32,000 nucleotides of DNA. Source: Candidatus Iainarchaeum sp. (GTDB lineage Archaea > Iainarchaeota > Iainarchaeia > Iainarchaeales > CSSED10-239). Below are positions 17,601-22,918 of this stretch, piece by piece. Position numbers and translations under genes: made by a program. The notes beneath the pieces were generated by a model. It saw only the letters and a list, made by a program, of their open reading frames with translations. It did not search any database and was not told the origin of the DNA. Within the stretch, counting starts at the first letter, position 1. Each line of letters begins with the position of its first letter. The DNA lies in contig PWLL01000008.1 in the NCBI GenBank assembly GCA_003559395.1, forward strand, positions 292 to 32,291, read 5' to 3'.

Positions 17601-19606
17601 ACATGAACGCTAACCATAGTACCTAAACCCTCATAATCAATAACACTTCTTACGGTACCAGTCAACTCTTCTCCTTCTGGAGTGGTCCATGATACGCGGT
17701 CTTCTCGTTTGAATGTAGGTGCTTCAACAGGTTCTTCCGGGGGTATCTCTTCTAACCGTTGTTCCAGATCGTCTATCATCTGGTAATCCCTCTGAACAGC
17801 TCCTACCCCACCAATCACAGGCGTTCCTGCTGCTTCTGCTTGTTCTGCCTGTTGAAGTTTTTCTTCAAGGCGTTGTTTAATTTGTCCTATATCTTCTGGA
17901 GTTAAATCTTCCAGAGGCTTATCTACTGATATGGTATGGAATGGTGAATCCTCAACCACTTCAGGAGGTTCTACCGTGGGAGCGTCAGGCATAGGTGCAG
18001 AAGGTGTTTCTACAGTAAGACCTTGCGGCCCCTCAACTATACGGAAAGGCCCTGTCGGTCCTGTTGATATGGCCGGAGTAGGTATTTCCATAGTAGTCGG
18101 GATAGTAGGTTGTACCTGTTGCGGCATATCAGGAGCAGTCGGTACCCCATAAGGCGCCGCTTGAGTAGCCGGCGGCGATATCTCCATACTGGGATCCGGT
18201 GTGGTTCCTGCGGGCCAGGCGAATTGAGTTCTTTGTACCTCTTGTTGTACCCCTTGATCTACCTGCTGGGTTGCCACTTGTTTGGCCTGTGGTGACATAT
18301 CGCTGCTCTGGATCATATTATAGGCGGTGTCCCTTGCTATCTGAAGTTCTTTAAACTTTTCAGGATCTCCACTGGGCACATCAGGGTGTAATGTTTTTGC
18401 AATATGCCTATAGGCACTCTTTATCTGATCCCGTGTTGCCGTCTCTGGCAGTCCCAGTACAGAAAAGGCTCTACTTCTTATCTCCTGCTCCCTTACTACA
18501 TCACTGCGGGTGGCTTCTGCTTCCTGTCTTAACCTTTCACGGTAAGCGTTTAGCTTGCGTTCTATGGTCTCAGCATCATCCCCAGGACTTATACCAGCAT
18601 CCGCAAATATCTTTTTCCGGTTATCGCGGGCTGCATGGAATGTTTTATGTACCCGGTTAATCTCTGCCTTATCCTGCGGAGATAGTGCTGCTGTGTTTAC
18701 CAGTCCGAGAATAGTAAGGCCAACCACAGAGGAACCCATATCCATAAGATCCAAAGGTTCTCTTTCGTCTGGGGGAGTTAATGCCCTTCTTGTTACCTCA
18801 GAAGCGGTTACTCCTGCCGGTGCAGAAATTAAGGATCTGGTCAGGCTTTGCGCATATGGATATAACTGATCCGGTACGCTTGTAGGAAGTTCTTGCGCTA
18901 ATCGCCCGGCGTAAGGAGCAACAGCACCCATCGCACCACCAAAAGCCAATGAGCTTGCGAAGTCTGCTGCGGTAGGCCGGTGTTCTTCGGGCATACCTTC
19001 AAGTTCCATTCCTCGTATGCCAGCGAAACGAGCAGCTCCACGGGCCGCACCACTCAATGCCTCGGGCGTCTGTGCTGCTCTAAGCGCAAGTTCAGGAGCA
19101 TACCTCGCTCCTGCATACCCCAGGGCCTGTGTTCCGGCCTGGGTAAAAGGTCCCATAAGCTTTAATCGTCCCAACCAACCGGCGGTTGATCCCAGGGTGT
19201 GCATGGTCTGATCGATTCTTTCATCACCAGTTGTAGAATAAGTACCCTGGCGCCTTTCTACTACTCCCGGCTGCATACCATAACTCTCCTGCCAGGCTTC
19301 CGAGAACCGGCTGAGAGCTGCATCTACACCAGGAGCCACCCTTCCTACCCATGTATCTTCATCAGTAAGAAACCTGGTTACAGGTTGTTTAATCTTTTCT
19401 ATCTCCTGCATCAGCAGAGGATTGTGTCCTACCCAGTCTATGGCCCGTTGATATGGAGTAGAAGGTGTGAACCCCGTATCTTCTGCCCACGATGCAATCG
19501 CGGCCCCGGGTGTTTGTGGGGCCGTAGCTTGCGGGTCCTGAGCTTGTGGGCTGGTGGGGGTAGGTTGTTGTTCTTGCCATATATTTGCAAACGGGTTAGT
19601 TGCCAT
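8660..19606 (-). CDS. Giant 3,648-aa polyvalent virion/ejection protein (J-domain + N6-adenine MTase + Strawberry-notch/SNF2-like helicase + HExxH zincin + TM-containing C-terminal region)
   Basis: Uninterrupted 10,947-nt ORF. The SD GGAGG lies inside the last codons of the upstream gene. Motifs are listed as separate sub-features below. It is the last structural gene before the lysis cassette. Confidence 0.9.
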   Translation of the reverse strand: MATNPFANIWQEQQPTPTSPQAQDPQATAPQTPGAAIASWAEDTGFTPSTPYQRAIDWVGHNPLLMQEIEKIKQPVTRFLTDEDTWVGRVAPGVDAALSRFSEAWQESYGMQPGVVERRQGTYSTTGDERIDQTMHTLGSTAGWLGRLKLMGPFTQAGTQALGYAGARYAPELALRAAQTPEALSGAARGAARFAGIRGMELEGMPEEHRPTAADFASSLAFGGAMGAVAPYAGRLAQELPTSVPDQLYPYAQSLTRSLISAPAGVTASEVTRRALTPPDEREPLDLMDMGSSVVGLTILGLVNTAALSPQDKAEINRVHKTFHAARDNRKKIFADAGISPGDDAETIERKLNAYRERLRQEAEATRSDVVREQEIRSRAFSVLGLPETATRDQIKSAYRHIAKTLHPDVPSGDPEKFKELQIARDTAYNMIQSSDMSPQAKQVATQQVDQGVQQEVQRTQFAWPAGTTPDPSMEISPPATQAAPYGVPTAPDMPQQVQPTIPTTMEIPTPAISTGPTGPFRIVEGPQGLTVETPSAPMPDAPTVEPPEVVEDSPFHTISVDKPLEDLTPEDIGQIKQRLEEKLQQAEQAEAAGTPVIGGVGAVQRDYQMIDDLEQRLEEIPPEEPVEAPTFKREDRVSWTTPEGEELTGTVRSVIDYEGLGTMVSVHVDQISMVAGRPVERVESVSPGRLTMVEEAPVEEEEPTVASVSEIVPGPKPVMTEFPLTGDHAPDVSLPLNRWVLSEVLEDDYEAIKWTGEKLIWLYGDASVIIDLLEGTAMYEMQDPEEFRTEVLKHITPQEFERFKDLRIDSEAEHERIMQSVDVTRDPQLADVPETDALLNIGSMQELNEQLLRQGLFDQADMIMEALDEKLRADRVASLDEKRQLEELRERFKDAFEPEEPADTEEWTEVPDPVLGGKIWTLPGTPWSIVDVRDRDTTDTKIADTPFRLRAETPGDDFKRPLQVIGHHRSLEDAQRFVLTQEATGRPAIEDLRIKPDDEPTTDPTKAKARLPETDIAGRVHDMLEKGRSFSWRDLFAIADTAYQGTQAEGVYTPKDAYDAMELGINKYILSHPGRFPTHRNIDYTHAVKVLNRIQEDILDKIPTQTKRTGEGVEFQQFSTPPNIAYLANWAASIMKQDIVLEPSAGIGGLAVFPKGMQVQQVMVNELSDRRANILREMGFDAVYTENAEHLHAILHDKIEPPSLVVMNPPFSSTAGRLEGVRDTRNVRSHMEEALKLLRDDGRLVAILGEGMALDKPAHREWWEDIQERYNVRANIGIDGSEYRKYGTSFGVQLVVIDKDGPTTETPVTGQVKDVRQAVPMLRGVKEDRKHISVEPDPREPVSPPDPEPGVPEEPDRLPSEERPGIRTVPGEPAPPRDEPETRPDVAVRPGDERDEPVRDVPDVRPDEPVPEVEPPVEAPRPGEPTGPSQDDARPKPKGSRHPAVRGPGDPDKLESGNEPDRTDSTLRVEQREDERRGKLSDNIFTGKYKPSKLKVEGAKEHPAQISETAAMADSEPPDITYAPDLPKELIESGDISESQLEAVVYAGQSHQKMLPSGVRQGHMIGDGTGTGKGRTIAAIILDNLRQGRDKAVWISASWGDMHEAAKRDIRDVGQHDPEHMSEDILYAQNDYSKNDELDPDHGIFYTTYSMIRGGYSVEPAGDGYGTRRIVPEGEQTRLEQLMEWLDDDFDGVIVFDESHKMQNASGIEKEPSLQAMAGLRLQEAFPEARIEYSSATAFDDPETLAYAERLGLWGEGTPFASMEDFVEQISASGLGGMELIARDSKQKGAYLSRQISYEGIEYDHTEHRLTEEQIQQYNVAAEAWQILFQNMSAAMESTGAGESPQAKRAAKSQFYGTYQRFWSDLLTAMKMPTLIESIEKDLEQGYAPVIQVDKTGEASMGRELQRIRTDPDMSLQDFNVSPTSMIMDYVERAFPTTKYEPVKITTEDGKTRTVWTPVRDSEGNTVKDPEAVRLKNELLAHLGGVRLPKSPIDMLVDSFGKDRVSEITGRKERVLEDEEGNKYIDTRGTGYVQEEVRRFLDDEKHILLFSKIGNTGVDYHAGLNFKNQRLRRHYLLEPSWDVKEVFQGFGRTHRSFQKQPPEYILVTTNLKGEKRFLSTVAQRLNEFGALSRGERGAESSGLFHNEDDLSSPFARDALMQMYINLSNDEYEFIDEGLSTISERMGIKDDILTDEGNLKDTDELRDTKKFLNRILGLEPHLQNQVFEAFEVEHNEVYGRAEEAGEVDKGTENLHADITEAVEDRSVVERDDAADTRYIKLNVKNKVYPITFDHTRADFRDGGPAFLERHIGYFQNQRSKNIVLAVEAGTRTKKSGEVVEMVRLIDQRPGRGRPLEKDQFRESTWEIITVEEDVYFVHDGKEFVAVDGKEVEIEGFEDIDAFVHPGRSGQMAYIVTEGKSGAKLGDGSNELRAIEDARNTVRRLGIEKTKEAINKGIDRAGLSPRYEDENTIKEPADPDMTAEDVARQLWDEQVAELPEYEEETVHMITGALLDIWDKLPTSKIEVKRALTEEGETILGRVISEKEIDNVLERLGASRDLEEIDISTVPSRIVDKNWKAMLDNSWILQRSTVSGDYRIELKKDAGPDLTTNRQQLLDAGLISEIIQYNTRYFVPVGERALPTLQDLTKHNLNIVKMLPPDSEPIEEMYRIEERLDIDPVPDEFMVEVFSLAAELAAPARYTGLRTKAAARFTDIGGDERIETRDVTNLETLGHEVAHVIDYRINNNQYPSSIKERFPDLEVGEMELREQLKAVAKQVRPPEEGELDRYRNKHTELMADFYTMYLLNTEMARNLAPDVAQGLDMQIRQNPDLHQKIQDIIQKRHEMKRKIDVSAIRPIEEVERLLPSEYLTDDYKDNVKTIIKSWSRLFRLRQIEAGYRKIDWSARFTEEQLEDMGAAVEEVKNIRTGKTAEEIQEELTPEMRQALAEYRYFQEKARQDLNRFMREVVGDEEYVTYLEDYLLHFYENKPKRIKEFAYRWTKRVPSAMQRTIPTLEDAVEAGLVPRTQNIAELHYLWHELNWKGALNRAFVHELTKIANDEGEPIIQKSNQAPPHWPLVDHPAINKYYARQARDGTTILWEGKAAVDPEAYKITKQVFEQPFHWKPLQIIEAFNAYAKGLSLKLSGFHFWNLTESAQAALAKITQPLRGFFTVGEEVKEVDESAVIRRTHQLGLDLISGSPEALRDAIMHGVVFDPIPDAHMRRINQDLRKLEAHTRKIPGAGSLVRKMRQANEWYDRKLWNEYYAGLKAITYYEWAKEALSDQKVNAKDASPQKIREIKEEVARMVNDAFGGQEWESHFWATPRVRQAMKLLWLSPDYTYTNMRIFGRTLYENLPFKKNKDPVVRKFGARYWISMLISMLAAINIANRALTGRWAWENEPGRRTDIDVTPIIHAARKIIGTYDPDDERRYYAAPGKQAREILRYFDDPITYLFGSKFSPVVRTALEQTTGTQAGPGGWPMPWREGDMPFYQEMDERVRAVYEKFVPFSLRGNNFAFTMPMRRGMGWWQAQKGYEDLWRARVDPSWWQRTYQQIAPGSQLLRLKQQLDEAAVLNGLDPAEQEKQAVSKLRTEYYGNLWNAVDRGDREEAEHYANILIQLGVDATGAQRSGEARPYVTDESVQRALMLFAE
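9437..9496 (-). other. Predicted transmembrane helix in the C-terminal region of the giant protein, aa 3371-3390
   Basis: WISMLISMLAAINIANRALT is flanked by basic residues (RKFGARY ... GRW). A second hydrophobic segment, SSVVGLTILGLVNTAAL, lies at aa 291-308 near the N-terminus. Confidence 0.4.
11207..11539 (-). other. HExxH zincin-like metallopeptidase motif region inside the giant protein, aa about 2690-2800
   Basis: LETLGHEVAHVIDY (HEVAH aa 2733-2737, nt 11396-11410), with a downstream E in HTELMADFY as a possible third ligand region. This is a motif-level call only. Confidence 0.45.
13187..14995 (-). other. Strawberry-notch/SNF2-like superfamily-2 helicase module inside the giant protein, aa about 1538-2140
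   Basis: Walker A GDGTGTGKGRT (aa 1567-1577), motif II VFDESHKMQN (DESH aa 1698-1701), motif VI FGRTHRSFQ (aa 2091-2099). These are followed by YILVTTNLKGEKRFLSTVAQRLNEFGALSRGER, which closely parallels the Strawberry-notch C-terminal block. Confidence 0.8.
15197..15604 (-). other. About 135-aa Pro/Glu/Asp/Arg-rich disordered linker between the MTase and helicase modules
   Basis: EPDPREPVSPPDPEPGVPEEPDRLPSEERPG ... DEPETRPDVAVRPGDERDEPVRDVPDVRPDEPVPEVEPPVEAPRPGEP. The DNA is a degenerate reiteration of GAACCTG-type units. Stops are depleted in several other frames on both strands here. Confidence 0.7.
15737..16309 (-). other. N6-adenine DNA methyltransferase domain inside the giant protein, aa about 1100-1290
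   Basis: FQQFSTPP, then motif I VLEPSAGIGGLA (E1143), then motif IV VVMNPPFSS (NPPF aa 1209-1212, nt 15971-15982). The order and spacing are typical of amino-MTases. Confidence 0.8.
18308..18478 (-). other. J-domain (DnaJ/Hsp40 N-terminal domain) inside the giant protein, aa 377-433
   Basis: RSRAFSVLGLPETATRDQIKSAYRHIAKTLHPDVPSGDPEKFKELQIARDTAYNMI. The invariant HPD is at aa 407-409 (nt 18380-18388), with a basic helix II and an F/KEL helix III. Confidence 0.8.
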
Positions 19607-19609
19607 CTT

Positions 19610-21931
19610 TTAACCTCCAATTACACTATATATATCATCGAAGGTGACCCCTGGGGGTAACGCTTCCTCGAATTCATCTCTTATTGCCGGCGAGATAGCT
19701 TCCAGGTAATAAAGTAGCTCTTCGATATCGTTCAATGTACCATCCCTAACCAAGACTGTTTCCAGGTTAGACGCAATCATATCAGCAGCGAAACCTTCCT
19801 GCCCTGCTACCTGCGGGACTATATTCGGCAGTATGCTTCTTACATAACTGGCTATCTCTCTATCAGCATCAGGATCGCCTTGCGCCTGGAACGTGAGATC
19901 ATCATCCAGTGCCGCTTCTGCGGGTTCCTCAACCGGTGTCATATCTTCTGCCTGCTCGGTTGGTTGCGGAGCCATACCAGGTTCTGGAGTTGGTACCTCT
20001 CCAGGTTCGGTAATCTCTTCCGTTCCCAGAGCTTCGTCAACCAGGTCTACCTGAGGCAATCTATCTTCATAACCTACTGGCCGTTCAAAGGCTTCTTCAT
20101 GAGTAGGTATACCGCGAGTTTCTTGTGGTGGACCGGCTAATGTCGTTGTCGGTCTATCCACCGGGGTAGGCCCTGCTTCTGGCTGAAGGTCCATACCCAT
20201 TACAGCATCAACATCGCGTTGTTCTCTTTGTCCTAAGCTCGGATCCTCATCATAAATAGCCGCAAGTATTTCATCAAACGGCACCTGATATGCTTCTTCT
20301 GTGGACTGTTTCTGTGCTTCTGACAGGCCCTCAAGTATGCGGATAACATCGTTTAGTGTGGCGTCCTGATATTGAGTGGTTACCGCAGTAATAATATCAT
20401 CTACCGCATAGGATACGTCCCCTTGATATTCTTCTGGTGCTGCCGGAAGTGGTGTTGCCTCTTCAGGTACCGTCTCTACATCTGGCACGACCTCTTCCTC
20501 TGTTATCTCAGGGGTCAGTCCAGGCATATCTAAAGCCGGATCCGGTTCAAATTCGGGATCCAGTTCAGGAGATACGGCCATTGGGTCTACCTCCGGCTGT
20601 GGCTGTGGGGTAGCTTCGGGAGTTATACCGTATCTTCTAAGGGCATCACCAACCTGCCCGAAATGCTGTCCGGCGCCACCACCCCAGAGTCTTCCCAGCC
20701 ACGAACCCTGCTCTTCCCCGACCATCTCTTCGGGAACAGGGGTACCATCTTCATAGACAGGTCCATACTCGGCATGGTTCCAGTACGGGAGCCCGGAAAT
20801 ATCTACTCCATCGCCCTCGGGATTCCAGCCAACAAGCTCTTGCAGTTCTTCTGGTGCAAGTACCGGCTGGGCCAGTGGATCTATCATCCCTTCTAGGTAC
20901 CCGGGATGAATCCAGTTACCTTCTTGATCGGAGTGCCATACGTTTCCATCTTCATCTTGATATCTGAATATAGGGCCAAACTGTGGGTGGTCTGTCCCTG
21001 TATATACGCCATCCGCTGGTGGTGGTGCTAATGTCATGGGTTGCGGTCCGAAATCGCCACCAAAAGCTCCCCACTGGTCCTGCGGTGCAAAACCCATACC
21101 CATAGTACCCTGCATGTTTTCATTAATAGTCCGTTCTCTTTCATTTAAAATGTTCTGTAGTTCTACTTGTGCGTTAATAAGATTTGCATTGGCCTGGTCA
21201 ATAGCTGACTGACTAACTCCAGCAGAGATCAGATTGTCACGTTCGACTTCCATAAGGTTAATGTTTTTTTTCATCATATCTGTTTCTAATTCAAGGTGGT
21301 TAAGACGATGTTGCTGTTCAGCTGGCATTATATTATCGAGATAATATCTATGCTCTCTAAGTCCCAGATCAATTTCTTCTACCTGTCTATCATAAAGCTC
21401 CCGATTATGTGCGTTTAAATCAGCCGCCTGTCTTACATCTAATGACGCTAGTTGATTGTGTAACCGCTGTTGCGCCTGCAATAATGGGCTCATATCCTGA
21501 AAGTGTTGTGTTTCGGCTGCTATCCCCTGTGCTGTGGCGTCCTGCACTCCGGTCAGGGAACGGGTATAATCTGCCTCTGCACCCAGTCCCTCCTGCCGTG
21601 CCAGACTTTCTCCGGTAACCAGCGGAGCATCGACAACACTATGACCGAAAAACTGTTGAAAATAAGCGGGATTAAATGCCTGCTCACCAAACATACCAGG
21701 GTCTACATCAATTCCTGCCCCGGATATCATCTGCTGAACCGGAATATCTTCAAATCCAGTTAAATAACGTGCTTCTTCTTCTAACATTCTATTCCTTAAA
21801 TCTGCTTCCTGTAGTGCGCGTTCCGCAAGCTCCTGATCGTCTCTAAATGTTTGCAACTGCATATAACGTCCAAAAGGATCCGCTTGCGCTAATCCGCTTG
21901 CGAATCCTCCAACGCCTGCTCTATAAGGCAT
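19610..21931 (-). CDS. 773-aa coiled-coil, acidic, low-complexity structural protein; internal-core/ejection protein by position (T7 gp15 slot)
   Basis: N-terminal Gly-rich MPYRAGVGGFASGLAQ. Long Q/N/E/L coiled coil at aa about 140-270. The C-terminal half is Pro/Glu-rich. Only 3 nt separate its stop from the giant gene start. The size matches T7 gp15 (about 747 aa). Confidence 0.5.
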   Translation of the reverse strand: MPYRAGVGGFASGLAQADPFGRYMQLQTFRDDQELAERALQEADLRNRMLEEEARYLTGFEDIPVQQMISGAGIDVDPGMFGEQAFNPAYFQQFFGHSVVDAPLVTGESLARQEGLGAEADYTRSLTGVQDATAQGIAAETQHFQDMSPLLQAQQRLHNQLASLDVRQAADLNAHNRELYDRQVEEIDLGLREHRYYLDNIMPAEQQHRLNHLELETDMMKKNINLMEVERDNLISAGVSQSAIDQANANLINAQVELQNILNERERTINENMQGTMGMGFAPQDQWGAFGGDFGPQPMTLAPPPADGVYTGTDHPQFGPIFRYQDEDGNVWHSDQEGNWIHPGYLEGMIDPLAQPVLAPEELQELVGWNPEGDGVDISGLPYWNHAEYGPVYEDGTPVPEEMVGEEQGSWLGRLWGGGAGQHFGQVGDALRRYGITPEATPQPQPEVDPMAVSPELDPEFEPDPALDMPGLTPEITEEEVVPDVETVPEEATPLPAAPEEYQGDVSYAVDDIITAVTTQYQDATLNDVIRILEGLSEAQKQSTEEAYQVPFDEILAAIYDEDPSLGQREQRDVDAVMGMDLQPEAGPTPVDRPTTTLAGPPQETRGIPTHEEAFERPVGYEDRLPQVDLVDEALGTEEITEPGEVPTPEPGMAPQPTEQAEDMTPVEEPAEAALDDDLTFQAQGDPDADREIASYVRSILPNIVPQVAGQEGFAADMIASNLETVLVRDGTLNDIEELLYYLEAISPAIRDEFEEALPPGVTFDDIYSVIGG

Positions 21932-21948
21932 TTTCTAACCTCCCTCTA

Positions 21949-22491
21949 TTAGCTCTGCCACGGCCAACCGTGTTCAGAAAAATAATCGATAGCATACGGT
22001 GCCGCGGTTCCTACAGCTTGCCCTATTCCTTGCCACATCTGTCCACTACGCTGCGCATCCATATCCTGTGCGCGTAAAGCTCTGTCCGCTAGTGCTGATT
22101 GTCTCTGAAAATCCTGCTGTTGAAGTCCTGTCGCATATTGCGCCAGGTTGGCCTGGTGCTGCATGGACAGATCACCGGCAGTAGACCTCCTCAAAGCGGC
22201 AGCCGGTAGTTGTCCGAAAAAACCTCTCTGCATGCTTTGGTGGTCTATGTTAGATAGTGTTTGATCCATAGTCCGCTGAAAACCCGGATCTAACGCCTGT
22301 TGCGCCCGTTGATAAGCATCATCCCAGGGGAGTTGTTCTACCTCCTGCTCTTGCGGTTGCTGTGTTGCCTGCGTATCGCTGCTACTACCACCAAATGCCC
22401 GCTCTAATAGGCCGCCCCCTATAGTACCTATAACGCCACCAACAGGGCCGCCTAAAGCTGTGCCTAAAGCCCCTCCGACGGTCTTGAACAT
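21949..22491 (-). CDS. About 180-aa protein with an N-terminal glycine zipper; internal-core/ejection protein by position (T7 gp14 slot)
   Basis: MFKTVGGALGTALGGPVGGVIGTIGGGLLERAFGG followed by a Q-rich helical region. GGAGG followed by a 9-nt spacer favours the ATG at 22491. Confidence 0.45.
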   Translation of the reverse strand: MFKTVGGALGTALGGPVGGVIGTIGGGLLERAFGGSSSDTQATQQPQEQEVEQLPWDDAYQRAQQALDPGFQRTMDQTLSNIDHQSMQRGFFGQLPAAALRRSTAGDLSMQHQANLAQYATGLQQQDFQRQSALADRALRAQDMDAQRSGQMWQGIGQAVGTAAPYAIDYFSEHGWPWQS

Positions 22492-22522
22492 AATATACAA
22501 CCTCCTTTATCCATGGTTCGCT

Positions 22523-22918
22523 TTAAACTATAATACCCTCTGCGTTCACCCAATCGGTACCGTCATACCATATCGGTAGACCTAAGTCGGTGTCGAAATA
22601 CATCTGATAATCACGGGGTTCGGATGGTCTTTCTGCTGTGGGTCCACCGTTTCTCGTTTCTTCTTCAATTATGGCGTCAACTTCATCCTGGGTATAATAA
22701 TCTTGAAGTGTGTTGTTTATTTTCTGTTGCGCTCCCTGTGGCGTCTCCGCACCAATATCCCCAGGGTAAACTCTATCGATCCCTCCTGCTGCATGAGACC
22801 GTCTGTGACGCGGAACTTCCGTATCTTCTATTGAAGCTCTTATGATCTCCGAGAGCTGATCAGAGATCCTCTTATCACCCGACCGGGTTACAATGCGCGG
22901 ATCGCTTTTGTTGCTCAT
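22523..22918 (-). CDS. 131-aa structural protein with tail-fibre-like short motifs (T7 gp13 slot)
   Basis: HRRSHAAGGIDRVYPGDIGA, and a C-terminal RPSEPRDYQMYFDTDLGLPIWYDGTDWVNAEG. The latter resembles the RP..P..G..YFDT.L..PIWW.G..WVDA.G motif I recall from fibre and depolymerase proteins. ATGA overlap with the upstream gene. Confidence 0.4.
   Translation of the reverse strand: MSNKSDPRIVTRSGDKRISDQLSEIIRASIEDTEVPRHRRSHAAGGIDRVYPGDIGAETPQGAQQKINNTLQDYYTQDEVDAIIEEETRNGGPTAERPSEPRDYQMYFDTDLGLPIWYDGTDWVNAEGIIV

Noticed and set aside
8660-19606. Giant ORF as an N4-type virion RNA polymerase or crAss-like tail-module RNA polymerase
   Set aside because: The size (about 3,600 aa) and virion-module position prompted the idea. 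I could find no RNA-polymerase-like catalytic motifs. The motifs that are readable are J-domain, amino-MTase, SF2 helicase and HExxH.
19389-19620. Two 60-63-aa minus-strand ORFs overlapping the 5' end of the giant gene in other frames
   Set aside because: They are embedded in the Pro/Gln/Thr-rich N-terminal coding region. There are no ribosome-binding sites. The translations are Arg/Pro/Gly-rich nonsense typical of off-frame reading.
8660-21931. The 773-aa coiled-coil protein or the giant ORF as a tape measure protein of a long-tailed phage
   Set aside because: No upstream tail-tube or chaperone pair with a slippery-sequence frameshift is present. No distal-tail or baseplate genes lie downstream, since lysis genes follow directly. 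The preceding genes fit a T7-like adaptor and nozzle. This is a positional argument only, so the rejection is not absolute.
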